From NCBI GenBank assembly GCA_964200075.2, contig CAXNAA020000042.1:1-32011 (forward strand): 32,011 nt of DNA. Direction: 5' to 3'. Shown in pieces: positions 24,117 through 32,011 of the stretch; positions within the stretch are counted from its first letter, which is position 1, and the number at the start of each line of letters is the position of its first letter. The DNA comes from Sphacelaria rigidula. Lineage: Eukaryota. The notes under the pieces were generated by a model. It did no database searches, was not told where the DNA came from, and was given only the letters and a program-made list of their open reading frames with translations. The translations under genes were made by a program, and so were the position numbers.

Positions 24117-24751
24117 GCAATAACAACAGCAAACAAACACACACACAACGCAAGCATAAACAACACAACAAGATGATTATCTCGCATCACGTAGCTGATT
24201 GCAACACTCCAGCTCGTGATCAGAAAAAACATGAAAAAAAAGTGGAGAAAAAAAAAAGGAAAAGAAAAACTAGAAGAACAAAACCTTTACAAAATAGCTG
24301 CTGTCACATGAGACGAGAGACAAATCCTTCTTCGCTCTGTGCTAAGCTCAGCGATCCCGCCGTGCACGTCCATCAACAGATGAAGCCGAAGGAGCTCCCT
24401 TCGAGGCAATGCGCGTAACCGACAGACAGATACCTACATGAGTCCTCTGCGGCCTACAGCAGGGCCGACTCGATCTTCAAGCACCTGCACAGGCTACACC
24501 AATAACATTTTCCTCTATACCTCGCACAGGGTCACACCAGCAGCAACGCCGCCCGCTACCGCCAGTTCAGCTAGACGGCGGAAGTCCCAGGATGACGAGC
24601 CTCCATCAGTCCCACCGCCGGGTAGATCAAGCAGTTGCTCAAGCTGTGCTTGTCGCTGCTGCTGGCCGAGGTGACATGTTTGAAAACGCGACGTCACCAC
24701 CAGGATCCGCGAGCGTCGCCCGAGCTGTGTGCTATTCCTGGCCGACCGCAC
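3783..24751 (-). CDS. GLDH: L-galactono-1,4-lactone dehydrogenase (mitochondrial, VAO/aldonolactone oxidoreductase family); 14 exons, 5' end incomplete
   Basis: Manual splice in transcript order: 24751-24521, 21778-21680, 13741-13574, 13205-13101, 12170-12036, 11561-11416, 11284-11194, 11072-11058, 10411-10271, 9902-9738, 8366-8244, 7838-7720, 7344-7258, 3912-3783. Total 1755 nt, phases consistent, no internal stop. Motifs in the expected order: NWSSTH, RVVGSALSPNG, LQNFASISEQQMGGFLQVGAHGTG, YMWIPYTD, ILGFECGGQQWVSE, PAPIEQRW, FSWVGIIMYLP, HWAK, LFDPKNI. Confidence 0.93.
5086..5118 (-). mobile_element. SINE 3' end with poly(C) tail, cut by the gap
   Basis: Reverse complement reads CAAGCAACAAATGAGTACG followed by a C run. 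Confidence 0.7.
5119..5127. other. Assembly gap (N run)
   Basis: 9 N bases. Confidence 0.99.
7258..7344 (-). CDS. GLDH: GLDH exon (R)YNCVDHWAKLEKP...RLRR(R)
   Basis: CAG acceptor, GTAAGA donor; HWAK motif. Confidence 0.95.
7720..7838 (-). CDS. GLDH: GLDH exon MFSWVGIIMYLP...KAKLWE(R)
   Basis: AAG acceptor, GTAATG donor. Confidence 0.93.
8244..8366 (-). CDS. GLDH: GLDH exon SELLRLIEE...PAPIEQRW...SPDT
   Basis: CAG acceptor, GTGAGG donor; Glu-x-Arg substrate-binding motif. Confidence 0.95.
9738..9902 (-). CDS. GLDH: GLDH exon VNEAEAEYWRRS...ILGFECGGQQWVSE...DLDYM
   Basis: TAG acceptor, GTGCGA donor, 55 codons. Confidence 0.95.
10271..10411 (-). CDS. GLDH: GLDH exon PLRELLLK...FADLRDRLLALGALDVEWIKK
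   Basis: CAG acceptor, GTGAGC donor, 47 codons. Confidence 0.92.
10649..10727 (+). mobile_element. 5'-truncated SINE copy with a C13 tail
   Basis: Aligns with the reverse complement of 14967-15035 (GCGTGGTCAATGGTCAAA...AACAAATGAGTACGCCC). Confidence 0.75.
11058..11072 (-). CDS. GLDH: GLDH 15-nt microexon (DARLH)
   Basis: Pyrimidine tract TTCTTTCTCCCCGCTGCAG, then GACGCAAGGTTGCAT, then GTGCGT donor; frame-preserving. Confidence 0.6.
11194..11284 (-). CDS. GLDH: GLDH exon (R)YMWIPYTDAVIVVRSNPMGLNDRLLRRATQ
   Basis: CTGCAG acceptor, GTAGGG donor. Confidence 0.92.
11416..11561 (-). CDS. GLDH: GLDH exon VGLGALGVVTEVTVKC...NKHV(R), ending at a GC donor
   Basis: CAG acceptor; AG|GCAAGC donor; phase 2 matches the next exon. 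Confidence 0.92.
12036..12170 (-). CDS. GLDH: GLDH exon VGAHGTGASIPPVDEQVV...DLFRMAK
   Basis: CAG acceptor, GTGAAC donor, 45 codons. Confidence 0.95.
13101..13205 (-). CDS. GLDH: GLDH exon AGARVQQVVDALAPHGLTLQNFASISEQQMGGFLQ
   Basis: TAG acceptor, GTACTG donor, 35 codons. Confidence 0.95.
13574..13741 (-). CDS. GLDH: GLDH exon VERIIRD...RVVGSALSPNG...GTVTVE
   Basis: CAG acceptor, GTGAGA donor, 56 codons; FAD-binding loop. Confidence 0.95.
13855..14466 (-). repeat. Putative 3' LTR (TGTTGGG...ATTACA)
   Basis: TG...CA ends; purine-rich GAGGTGTGGGAGTGGGTACGGGAC immediately upstream (14490-14467); AATAAA at 14028-14023. No second LTR is present to confirm the boundaries. Confidence 0.6.
14637..14759. 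repeat. 41-bp tandem repeat, 3 copies, in the retrotransposon 3' UTR
   Basis: GGTACAACAGGGAGCAGAGCT...AATCYAAA at 14637, 14678 and 14719. Confidence 0.95.
14970..15280 (-). mobile_element. tRNA-like SINE-containing insertion with a 13-bp TSD
   Basis: GCTACAGAAAGGG at 14957-14969 and 15281-15293; B-box-like GGTTCAAATCTC at 15080-15069; 3' end shared with two other copies. Confidence 0.75.
15330..18040 (-). pseudogene. Frameshifted pol 3' part: integrase (HHCC, DDE core, GPF), chromodomain and a C-terminal extension
   Basis: GCHTDLSCH / CFECQARK zinc motif, YILLFTDRFSR, LSDNG, NGGTERV, TGPFKI; chromodomain-like ISGHQ...YKIHWHGL...SWERE at 15930-15800; several frame changes. Confidence 0.88.
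18254..20538 (+). pseudogene. Long Ser/Arg/Ala-rich gag-like ORF of a probable second retroelement, broken by an 8-bp duplication; degenerate coding sequence may continue to about 21500
   Basis: The 605-aa and 161-aa ORFs fuse if one GGAGGATC (19996-20011) is removed. Intronless, antisense within a GLDH intron, with coiled-coil-like stretches and a PBS-like site at 18187-18201. No catalytic motif recognised. Confidence 0.55.
21680..21778 (-). CDS. GLDH: GLDH exon AAEDGTSEVEIENWSSTHSVKTKAYLQPESTQE
   Basis: CAG acceptor, GTGAGA donor; NWSxTH start of the FAD-binding domain. Confidence 0.92.
23462..24290 (-). mobile_element. Three head-to-tail 5'-truncated retroposon 3' ends
   Basis: Related terminal motif (ACxxGGCTG...TCAGCTA...GATAA on the minus strand) at 23462-23503, 23933-23976 and 24175-24222, each preceded by a T-rich tract. 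Confidence 0.7.
24066..24128. repeat. (CAA)n microsatellite
   Basis: Direct trinucleotide run. Confidence 0.97.
24521..24751 (-). CDS. GLDH: GLDH putative N-terminal exon (presequence plus hydrophobic segment)
   Basis: Open frame VRSARNSTQLGRRSR...RRLAELAVAGGVAAGVTLCE, then GTATAG donor in phase 0 with the next exon (CE|AAEDG). No in-frame ATG, and the acceptor is uncertain (exon start 24751 or about 24662). Confidence 0.55.
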
Positions 24752-25489
24752 CTGCACATAAGTCGCACATACTTTTCCTTTAGATCTCACGCTACAAATG
24801 AGAGACGTCGACAATGGACACCATAACACACCAGCACCACTTCACGCAGTCGAATGGCATCGCAATACAGATAATCACGAAACATTCAATACCCGAATTA
24901 GCGACTAAAATGGGGTGATACTCAGACGTAAGGTTACAATACTGCCCGAGCCACGCGTCAACGCTTGTGGTGCAAGTGCTGTTGTGTCACTGTATGTGTA
25001 AGGACCACTGCTTCTGGGTGGGAATAAGCAATCTTGAAAAAAGTAGCGTCAGCCCACAAAAGCTAGCGGAGATACTGCGCTTGGTACAAGTTGTGGTCAA
25101 GCGGTAATGACCAGTCGCAAGTGTTCTTGCCAATATCCAAGGATGCACATGAGTCTGAGGATGCATCAAAATGCAGCTTTTTTTTTTTGCGGCGCCGGCT
25201 CGCCAAAACAATAATTTTTCAGGGATTATTCTCCATACAAACAGGTGGTTTACGCCCTGACAAATAAGGCATGTCTTACTCTCTGCCTTGAAGCTCCTTT
25301 CAGGAAGGGTTTCCTGAGACGGTGTTGCTTGAAATGCCCCGATCTTCTCAAGGCACACAGAGGCAAGCGTAAAATGACGCCGTTAGTTTAGAACTCTTTC
25401 AAACCGGGGGCTAGGGGACACAAATACGTCGAAGGGCATTGGACACGTGATTTTCATCTACGAAACCCCTTTGAGGTCCCGTTTGAACG

Positions 25490-26034
25490 AGACAAAAAAA
25501 TGAGAATACAATGATGATGATGATGATGATGTTGATGATGACAAGGACGATATGACGGTTCACGATTTCATCATGACGAGATATCGGTCACCTTTCCTAT
25601 CGATGGAAAAAAAAACAATTATAATGAAGATACAATGACGGTAAACAACACGCAAACAGACCAAGGATTCCCAGCAGGATCATGCGCTAGGTGCATGGGC
25701 ATTGTTGCATGGCCGAAACGCGGACCACCTCCCGCACGAGGAGAGACAGCAACAGCGGCGGCAGCAGCATCTGCACTTCAAGCAGCTGTGTACGATTTCG
25801 GGTGGGATTGAATCAGCGGGTGCCGAGACTGTTGCTGCTGCTGCTCTTCCTCGTGCGAGAGACAGTCCGCGTTTCGACGGTGCGACAATTCACATGCACC
25901 TTGCGCACGATTGCCACCCTGCTGGGAATCCCTGGTCCGTACTAACCGCCGGTGTTGACGAAAAAGGAAAATTGAGAATGGAACGATGAGAGTAACAGTG
26001 AAATGACGGTTCACAACTTCATCATCACAAGATA
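25490..26034. repeat. Hairpin-containing repeat unit (about 455 bp), copy 1 plus the start of copy 2
   Basis: ATGACGGTTCAC...ATCAT...AGATAT at about 25552 and 26003; internal inverted arms at about 25659-25755 and 25830-25938. Confidence 0.8.
25512..25541. repeat. (GAT)n microsatellite
   Basis: Direct trinucleotide run. Confidence 0.9.
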
Positions 26035-26843
26035 TAAGGCGCGTCTCATAGTAGCACATTTTCCCCCATCGAATGAATGCGGTGGAAAACATTTTTTTCG
26101 ATATTATAGGTCCACCACATTTCTGTTCCTAGGTGGCTTCAACTATTTTCATAATTAGTGGCGTGCGGAGAAGAAGTAAAAAACAAGAAAGCTAAGCCTT
26201 TTCGATCGAAAACATGCGGTCGAAAGGCACAAAGGGGCACTTGACTCCTATCTTGCACACGACCACGCTAGATACCACCGTTCACAGAACCATGCAAATC
26301 CCACACGATTTATTCTGAGCTACCGTCGCAGCCTTGCAGCATAGAGCACGAGTACAGCACAGGGATAAATACACTACAGTACTTGGGTATGCTTTGTTCA
26401 TTTTTCGTTGGCGAAAACTTGAGCATCTTTCACGGTAGGGAGCAACGACGGAACTGCGTGGTACGGTGGGCGAACGACTCGCGTGCACGCTCATGGACAG
26501 TGCAGGCAGTACAAAGCTGCACGTTGTCCAAGTCCTTTTCACGTCACATTGTATTCAGGGAGAACAGATAGTCCGACGCTGTCTGTACTGCACGTTGCCC
26601 GCTTCTCTTTCACATCCTACCGTACGAAACATGCACACATACACTCAGACACACTGGATGCAAACAGTGCACAATACAGACTGTCTGTGCTGTACATGAG
26701 AGACCAAGTACCGTTTCACGAATTTCACTGTCTTTTTTCGATTGAAAGCTTGAAAATTTGCTTGGACCCGACTCGAGAAATTGAGCGAATTTCGCTCAAA
26801 TCAATCCCACCGCCCTTTTTTTCGATCGAATAAATTGTGCCAA

Positions 26844-27306
26844 GGCCACTTTTCATTGTTGAAAAAAAGTTGTTGAAAACTGTACTTTTGGCCTTTCCTC
26901 GTCGTTTTTCACCCGATAACAGGGCGAGGCGGATGATGGCACCTTGGAATGGCTTGCTCTACTCGTTGAGATCGTTCCAGGGCACCTTCGTGTTTTCCGT
27001 AGGCCGCGGTATTGTTTTTGGCCCAACTTGCATTTTCAACAACAAACGGTCAAGTTACAAAAAAAATGGCTGTTTTTCCACTATTTTTTTATAAGTTGAC
27101 CGTTTGTTATTGAAAATGCAAGTTGGACAAAAAGCAAAACTGCGACCTACGGTAAACACGAAGGTGACATGGAACGGTCTCAACGAGTAGAACCGGTCAT
27201 TCCAAGGTGTCGTCATCCACCTTGCCCTCTTATCGGGCGAAAAACGACGAAGGGTCAAAAATACAGTTTTCAAAACGATTTTTATTTCAATACAAAAGAA
27301 GTGGCC
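26844..27306. mobile_element. Fold-back MITE B (near-complete palindrome)
   Basis: GGCCACTT...AAGTGGCC ends; arms of about 225 bp around a short loop at about 27070-27078; flanks CAA and TAA. Confidence 0.9.
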
Positions 27307-27309
27307 TAA

Positions 27310-28545
27310 GGCTACTTCTTATGCATAAAAAAACAGGGTCAGAAACGCGTTTTCCGATAGCAGGCCAAAACCCCACTTCTTAAGTGATGCAGAAACGCGC
27401 TTTCCGATAAGAATTTTTCTGATAACATTTTCCAACAGCCCAAACTTATCAGAAAATCGTGATGTTCTGATAACCTTGGTTTATCAGTAAAATGTTATTG
27501 AAAAAGCGTTTGAACACACCCTACAGCCCACGACAACACCTGTGATGGCTTGGCTGCCACCACTACTACTGTTGTTGTTAGTGCTCGCGGGCATTCAGCG
27601 TGTTGCATCATTGTTCTTCGCTCGCCAGTATCGTGGTGGCCCTTTACCCCATGAGAACAGCACAGGGCAGGGGCGATGACGAGTGCTGTACAGACAGGAC
27701 AGTCTATATGTAGTCCGTACAATATTGTACATTAGTAGCTCAGTTCAGGTCTGTGCAGGCAGCGTGTTGCGAACACCCGTCGCAATACTTTACAGACTGC
27801 CCACGCACCCGAGCCTTGTAGAGACAGGACCGGGCTGACAGTACACACAAGACTATAAGATAGAGCTACTACTGTAGTTCATCCAATGCATACAATACAG
27901 TACTGTCTGCTGTACTGTTGTTCATGCTGTCCGTTTCATCGAGTACAACACGCGAACGGTGCAGCGAAATCGCAGATCAGTTCAGGTCTGTGCATGCAGC
28001 GTGTTGCGAACAGACATCCCTATGCAGTACAGACTGTCTACGCACCCAAGCCTTGTAGATACAGGACCGTACTGACAGTACACGCCAGACTTTGAATGGC
28101 GCTACTGTTGCAGTACTACAGCCAATGCATACGATACAGCATTGTCTGTACTGTTGTCCGTGCTCTCCGTATAATCGAGTACTACGGTGTAGCGAAAAAT
28201 CCCAACCGTCAGCTCTACAGTCACTTCGTGCAGCAAGGTGGTGTTCTTATTGCTCGTCTTGCATCACACAGCCCACCCTGTATTGCTCGGTCAATATATT
28301 ACAGTAGTGCAGACAGACAGTGCGGACCGTACACCACGACACGACAGCAGGATATTGTGTCTCTCTCGCGCGCCCCAGAATTTGAAATTATGCCCACACG
28401 TCTTGTAGAGAACGATGAACACTGATTTTCCAATGTTGATAGCGTCAATCACGTAAGAAGAGCTACTTCGAAAAATTATGTCGAAAAACGTGCTGTTGAA
28501 AAACGGCCGTTTTGATAACGTTTTTTTTATACATGAGAAGTAGCC
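27310..28545. mobile_element. Harbinger-like non-autonomous element C
   Basis: TIR GGCTACTTCTYATGYATAAAAAAA with TAA on both sides; internal 237-bp tandem duplication (27740 and 27977). Confidence 0.88.
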
Positions 28546-28548
28546 TAA

Positions 28549-29351
28549 GGGCGTGTCTTACAACGTCATTTTTCGATCGAAACAGCGCGGTGGAAAACAA
28601 GGGTTCCCATGTGATAGTTTGTGATTTAAACAATCATCAACATTACTTACGATAGTTCGAAGTCGAAAATGTGCGGTGGAAAAAAAAAACTCGATCTAAT
28701 AGGTCGATATTTCAACTGTCGTATTTCATGTTGACAAAAGTTTATATCACGACCTATCAGATCGGAAATCTTGTTTTCCACCGCGTCGTTGGTATACAAA
28801 ATTTGACTTCACGGCCGACGAGGGAAAGGGACTGCTGAACCCCTCTCGCGATATAAAATGAGGCAAGCACCGCAGAAGGAAGGTGGAGTACTGAAATAAA
28901 ATTAGTTAAAAATAATAAACTCCTGTGTTGGCCTTCCTCCTGTATGACCCGGGCTAATGCGCCTACATATACCAAAAGGTGTAGACTGGCGTTCAGAATA
29001 GATGGGATTACACACACAACACACACCGCATTTTTCCGATCGAAAATCAATGTGCCAAGGCCTATTATTATCAACATTGTTTTTTCATAGATCGCCGATA
29101 TTGTCAGGACTGGCATGTACCCGATTCTTATCAAATGCTTGCGAGTGCAACGGTGTATTCACAGGGCAGGGCATCTCTCCGAAGTGCTGCGTTGTAGTCC
29201 GAATTTTGCAGACTTTGTGGAAAATGGAGCTGCGGGAAAAAAAGAAGCCGCTTCCTTCTCGGAGAAGTCTAAACGCAGAGTCCGAAAATTCTCAAATTTT
29301 CTGATATGTCTGAAAAACCTGTGTCGATAGGAATGGGCCGAAGACACAGTC
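28549..29351. mobile_element. Harbinger-like element D (A/G family)
   Basis: Left TIR GGGCGTGTCTTA; subterminal TCGATCGAAA...GCGGTGGAAAA motifs; right end split by element E. Confidence 0.6.
29059..29339. mobile_element. MITE E nested in the right end of D
   Basis: Left end GGCCTATTATTATCAAC versus reverse complement of the right end GGCCCATTCCTATCGAC; flanks CAA and GAA. Confidence 0.65.
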
Positions 29352-29365
29352 TAGACGCGCCCTGA

Positions 29366-29730
29366 GGCGCCATTCCTATCGATGGGGAACAAACAGTGAT
29401 ACGAAAATACGATGACGGTAACAACACGCGAACAGGCCAGCCATTTCGAGCAGGGCGGCAATCACGCGCAAGGTGTATGGGCATTGTCACAGGTCGAAAC
29501 GCGAACCGCCTCCCGCACGAGAAGGAGAAGAAGCAGTACCAGCACATGTGTCCAGTTTGGGGGTGGGGTTAAATCAGCCGGTGCCGAGACTGGTGGTGGT
29601 GATGGTGATGGTGCTGCTGCTCTTCCTCGTGCCAGAGACGGTCCGCGTTTCGACCGTGCGACTACGCCCGCGCACCTTGTGCTCGATTGCCACCGTGCTG
29701 GGAATCGCTGGTCCGTACTACCCGCCGATG
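29366..29730. repeat. Remainder of hairpin unit copy 2
   Basis: Aligns with about 25588-25953, including both arms and the loop. Confidence 0.85.
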
Positions 29731-30559
29731 GGTCCATGCTTGCTCACTCGGCGAAGTGCTGGGACATATAGCTGTGTGCGTCTCTCTTCGGGAGCTGGGC
29801 ACGTCGGGTGTGTATTCCACGCGCGGCTACCGCTGGTGATGGGAAAGCCAGCTGTGCACCCAATGAAGAGTCAGGCAGGCTGCATTTGGAGCGGGACAGA
29901 TTCGCTCGGTAACTACCAGTCAGATCGCTCCATTTCGCTTGGGGATCGCCAGGGGAGTAGTCTAAAACCCAGTGTTCGTGCGGTCGAATCTCGTAGCGCG
30001 TTCCAACGCACTACAGTTTCATAGATAGTGCAGTATAGTACACTGAACACAATACAGAAGTACGGTACAGTACAGGCGCCCAACGCACGGCACCAGCAGG
30101 AGTGTCGCAGCAGCGGACAGCGCGTTTTTCGTCTTACGGAAGACGACACAGCCAACACACCCATATAGCTGTCAGCAGTGTGCGGCCAGCACTGCGTGCC
30201 GACTGAGATTGCTTTCTGCAGAGACGAACACTGCGACAATATCGCAACTCATGCAATCCAAATCATCTTCGCAATGCGTGAACACACCACAACAGTACAG
30301 ACAGTGGAAGCTCCAACACATGAGAGGGCTTGAATGTTTTTGCTGCGGTACAACAACTGTACAGTAGTGAAACATGACATGTTACAAGTTCTAGTCCTCC
30401 ATCTGATTTTGAAGAGGTCCTCAATTTTGGGCAAATGCCGAGTTTGAACGCTCGGCCACAGTCGCGCTTCTTTAAATTCACTGTGGGTTACCCCTATCTG
30501 TGTGTGGGAGGTTTGGCTTGTGATGCGGGCTTCGCCCGCAAATTATTTGTCCGGGTACA

Positions 30560-31020
30560 TCTTCATTTTGCCTAGAGTTGGACAGCCCATGCGTGACAAC
30601 CATATTATATCCCTTGCGCGTTCTCATGGGATTGTTTCTTCGCCCTCACTTTTTCTCAATGGGAATATACAAAAAAAGGGTACACCCTGGTACATCTGGA
30701 ACAAAAAAGGGTAACGCTTTTTCCGCTTTAGCGCGCGGCGCTACACGCGGGCTGAACACCTCAAAAACACGTTCCAGCGCCTCAGCCTCACGCTCAAGGT
30801 GTCTGGGCAGCATGCCCGTCCATTTTTTTTCATTTTCACAAGTGTTACTAGGCTGAACTACGGCGCCGAAAATGAGAGCTCGTGAGAGTACCCTTTTTTG
30901 TAAGCAAAACAGGAGGGTACACCCTGCCCTCTGCTAAAAAGTGATCTTGTACCCTTTTTTGTTCTCCTGTTGACCCTTTTCTGTCAAGTGTTGACCCTTC
31001 TCAGTCAAGTGGTGACCGTA
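30560..31020. mobile_element. Possible hAT-like transposon end with subterminal repeats
   Basis: AAAAAAGGGTA and its inverse TACCCTTTTT repeated; TGTTGACCCTT twice; ends GTGGTGACCGTA. Matching left end not found. Confidence 0.4.
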
Positions 31021-31031
31021 ACGCCGTCTGA

Positions 31032-31890
31032 GGTCGTGTCTTATCAAAAAAATTCGACTCGAGAACATGCGGTCGAATCGAATTGGTCGCTACGAGACCG
31101 TATCAGATACGTCCACGGTATTTGTGTTCTTAGATGACTTCAAGTCAGTTTATAGTCAGTTGCGCGCGACGGGCAGGGTCAAAAGTAGAACAGTTGAGCG
31201 TTTTCGAGCGAAACGAGCGGTGGAATAAACGAAGGGGCACGTATCTCATATGTTGCAGACAACCGTGCCAAATACTATCCTTTCACAGAATTACGCAAAA
31301 CCCAAATGGTTCATTCGCAGCTACCTACTCAACCCTGCGGTGTAGATCGCGACCTGAGCACAAGGAAACATACACTGCAGTAATAGGAAACCGACACCAC
31401 CACCCTCTTGGCACTATGTATTTCTTCTTGTTGGTGAAAACTTGGGCATCTAATTTTGTGGCAGGATCCACCGATTGAGTTGCGTGTTCAGGTGGGCGAT
31501 CGAATTGCGAACGCGCTCATGGACAGTAGAGGCGGTGCAAAACTGCACGTGTTTCAAATCTGCTTTGCATCCTCCAGTATGCAGAGAGTCAGAAAGCTGT
31601 GCTGTCTCTATGTCGCGTTGCCCGCTTCTTTCCCACATCGCGCTTGCATGCTAGGCAAAACACACACACCATCTAGACAGTACAGGCCGCCACTGTTGTT
31701 GTACAGTCTGTGCTGTCTGTACCGTACTGTCCATGGAATATAAGTATATGAGTACCGCTTCACGAATTACGCTGAGCCTTTTTAATTCAAAGCGTGCAAA
31801 TTCGCTCGAACCCAAACATAGCAAAGCGAACTGAATCAGTTCCGCCGCACGAACTCGTTCGAGTCGAAGAAAATTTGATGAGACACGGCC
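31032..31890. mobile_element. Harbinger-like non-autonomous element G with both termini intact
   Basis: TIR GGYCGTGTCTYATCAAA with extended subterminal symmetry; flanks C-TGA and TCA-G. Confidence 0.85.
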
Positions 31891-32011
31891 TCAGCACAAG
31901 TTACGCCGAGCAGCCACAACCATCACCATTTTTGGTAAAATTACACCCCACCAAAAAAGGTCGAAGCCCAACGACCAGAAGAGTGTAGCCCCCCTGTTGG
32001 TTAGCCCGAAG

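Larger units (their letters stand above)
26038..29362. mobile_element. PIF/Harbinger-like non-autonomous element A (outer), with its right TIR interrupted by nested elements
   Basis: TAA|GGCGCGTCT ... AGACGCGCCC|TGA; body 26200-26820 is homologous to 31200-31850. Confidence 0.65.

Noticed and set aside
23462-24232. Phe-rich and poly-Leu/Cys/Val ORFs
   Set aside because: These are translations of T-rich retroposon UTRs and the (CAA)n tract.
26837-27273. Pair of similar ORFs on opposite strands
   Set aside because: They are a by-product of the palindromic MITE B.

Overview
Eukaryotic genomic DNA with long, repeat-filled introns. Intron size and repeat style suggest a stramenopile, probably a brown alga (inference). 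One gene dominates the window: a minus-strand L-galactono-1,4-lactone dehydrogenase (GLDH, last step of ascorbate synthesis). I spliced it by hand into 14 exons from about 24751 to the stop at 3783, giving about 584 aa; the start exon was not found. It has a GC-AG intron, a 15-nt microexon and a 7.9-kb intron (13742-21679). That intron holds the 3' half of a decayed Ty3/gypsy chromovirus (LTR, PPT, integrase, chromodomain) joined back-to-back to a plus-strand gag-like ORF that an 8-bp duplication splits in two. Other introns contain minisatellites, a TIR-bounded AT-rich element, tRNA-like SINE ends that finish in poly(C), stacked retroposon 3' ends and a miRNA-like hairpin. Upstream (25.5-31.9 kb) is a nested, abutting set of PIF/Harbinger-like MITEs joined through C-TNA-G sites that each insertion appears to regenerate. 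This is the most unusual structure in the window. No prokaryotic system, CRISPR array, rRNA or intact tRNA was seen.
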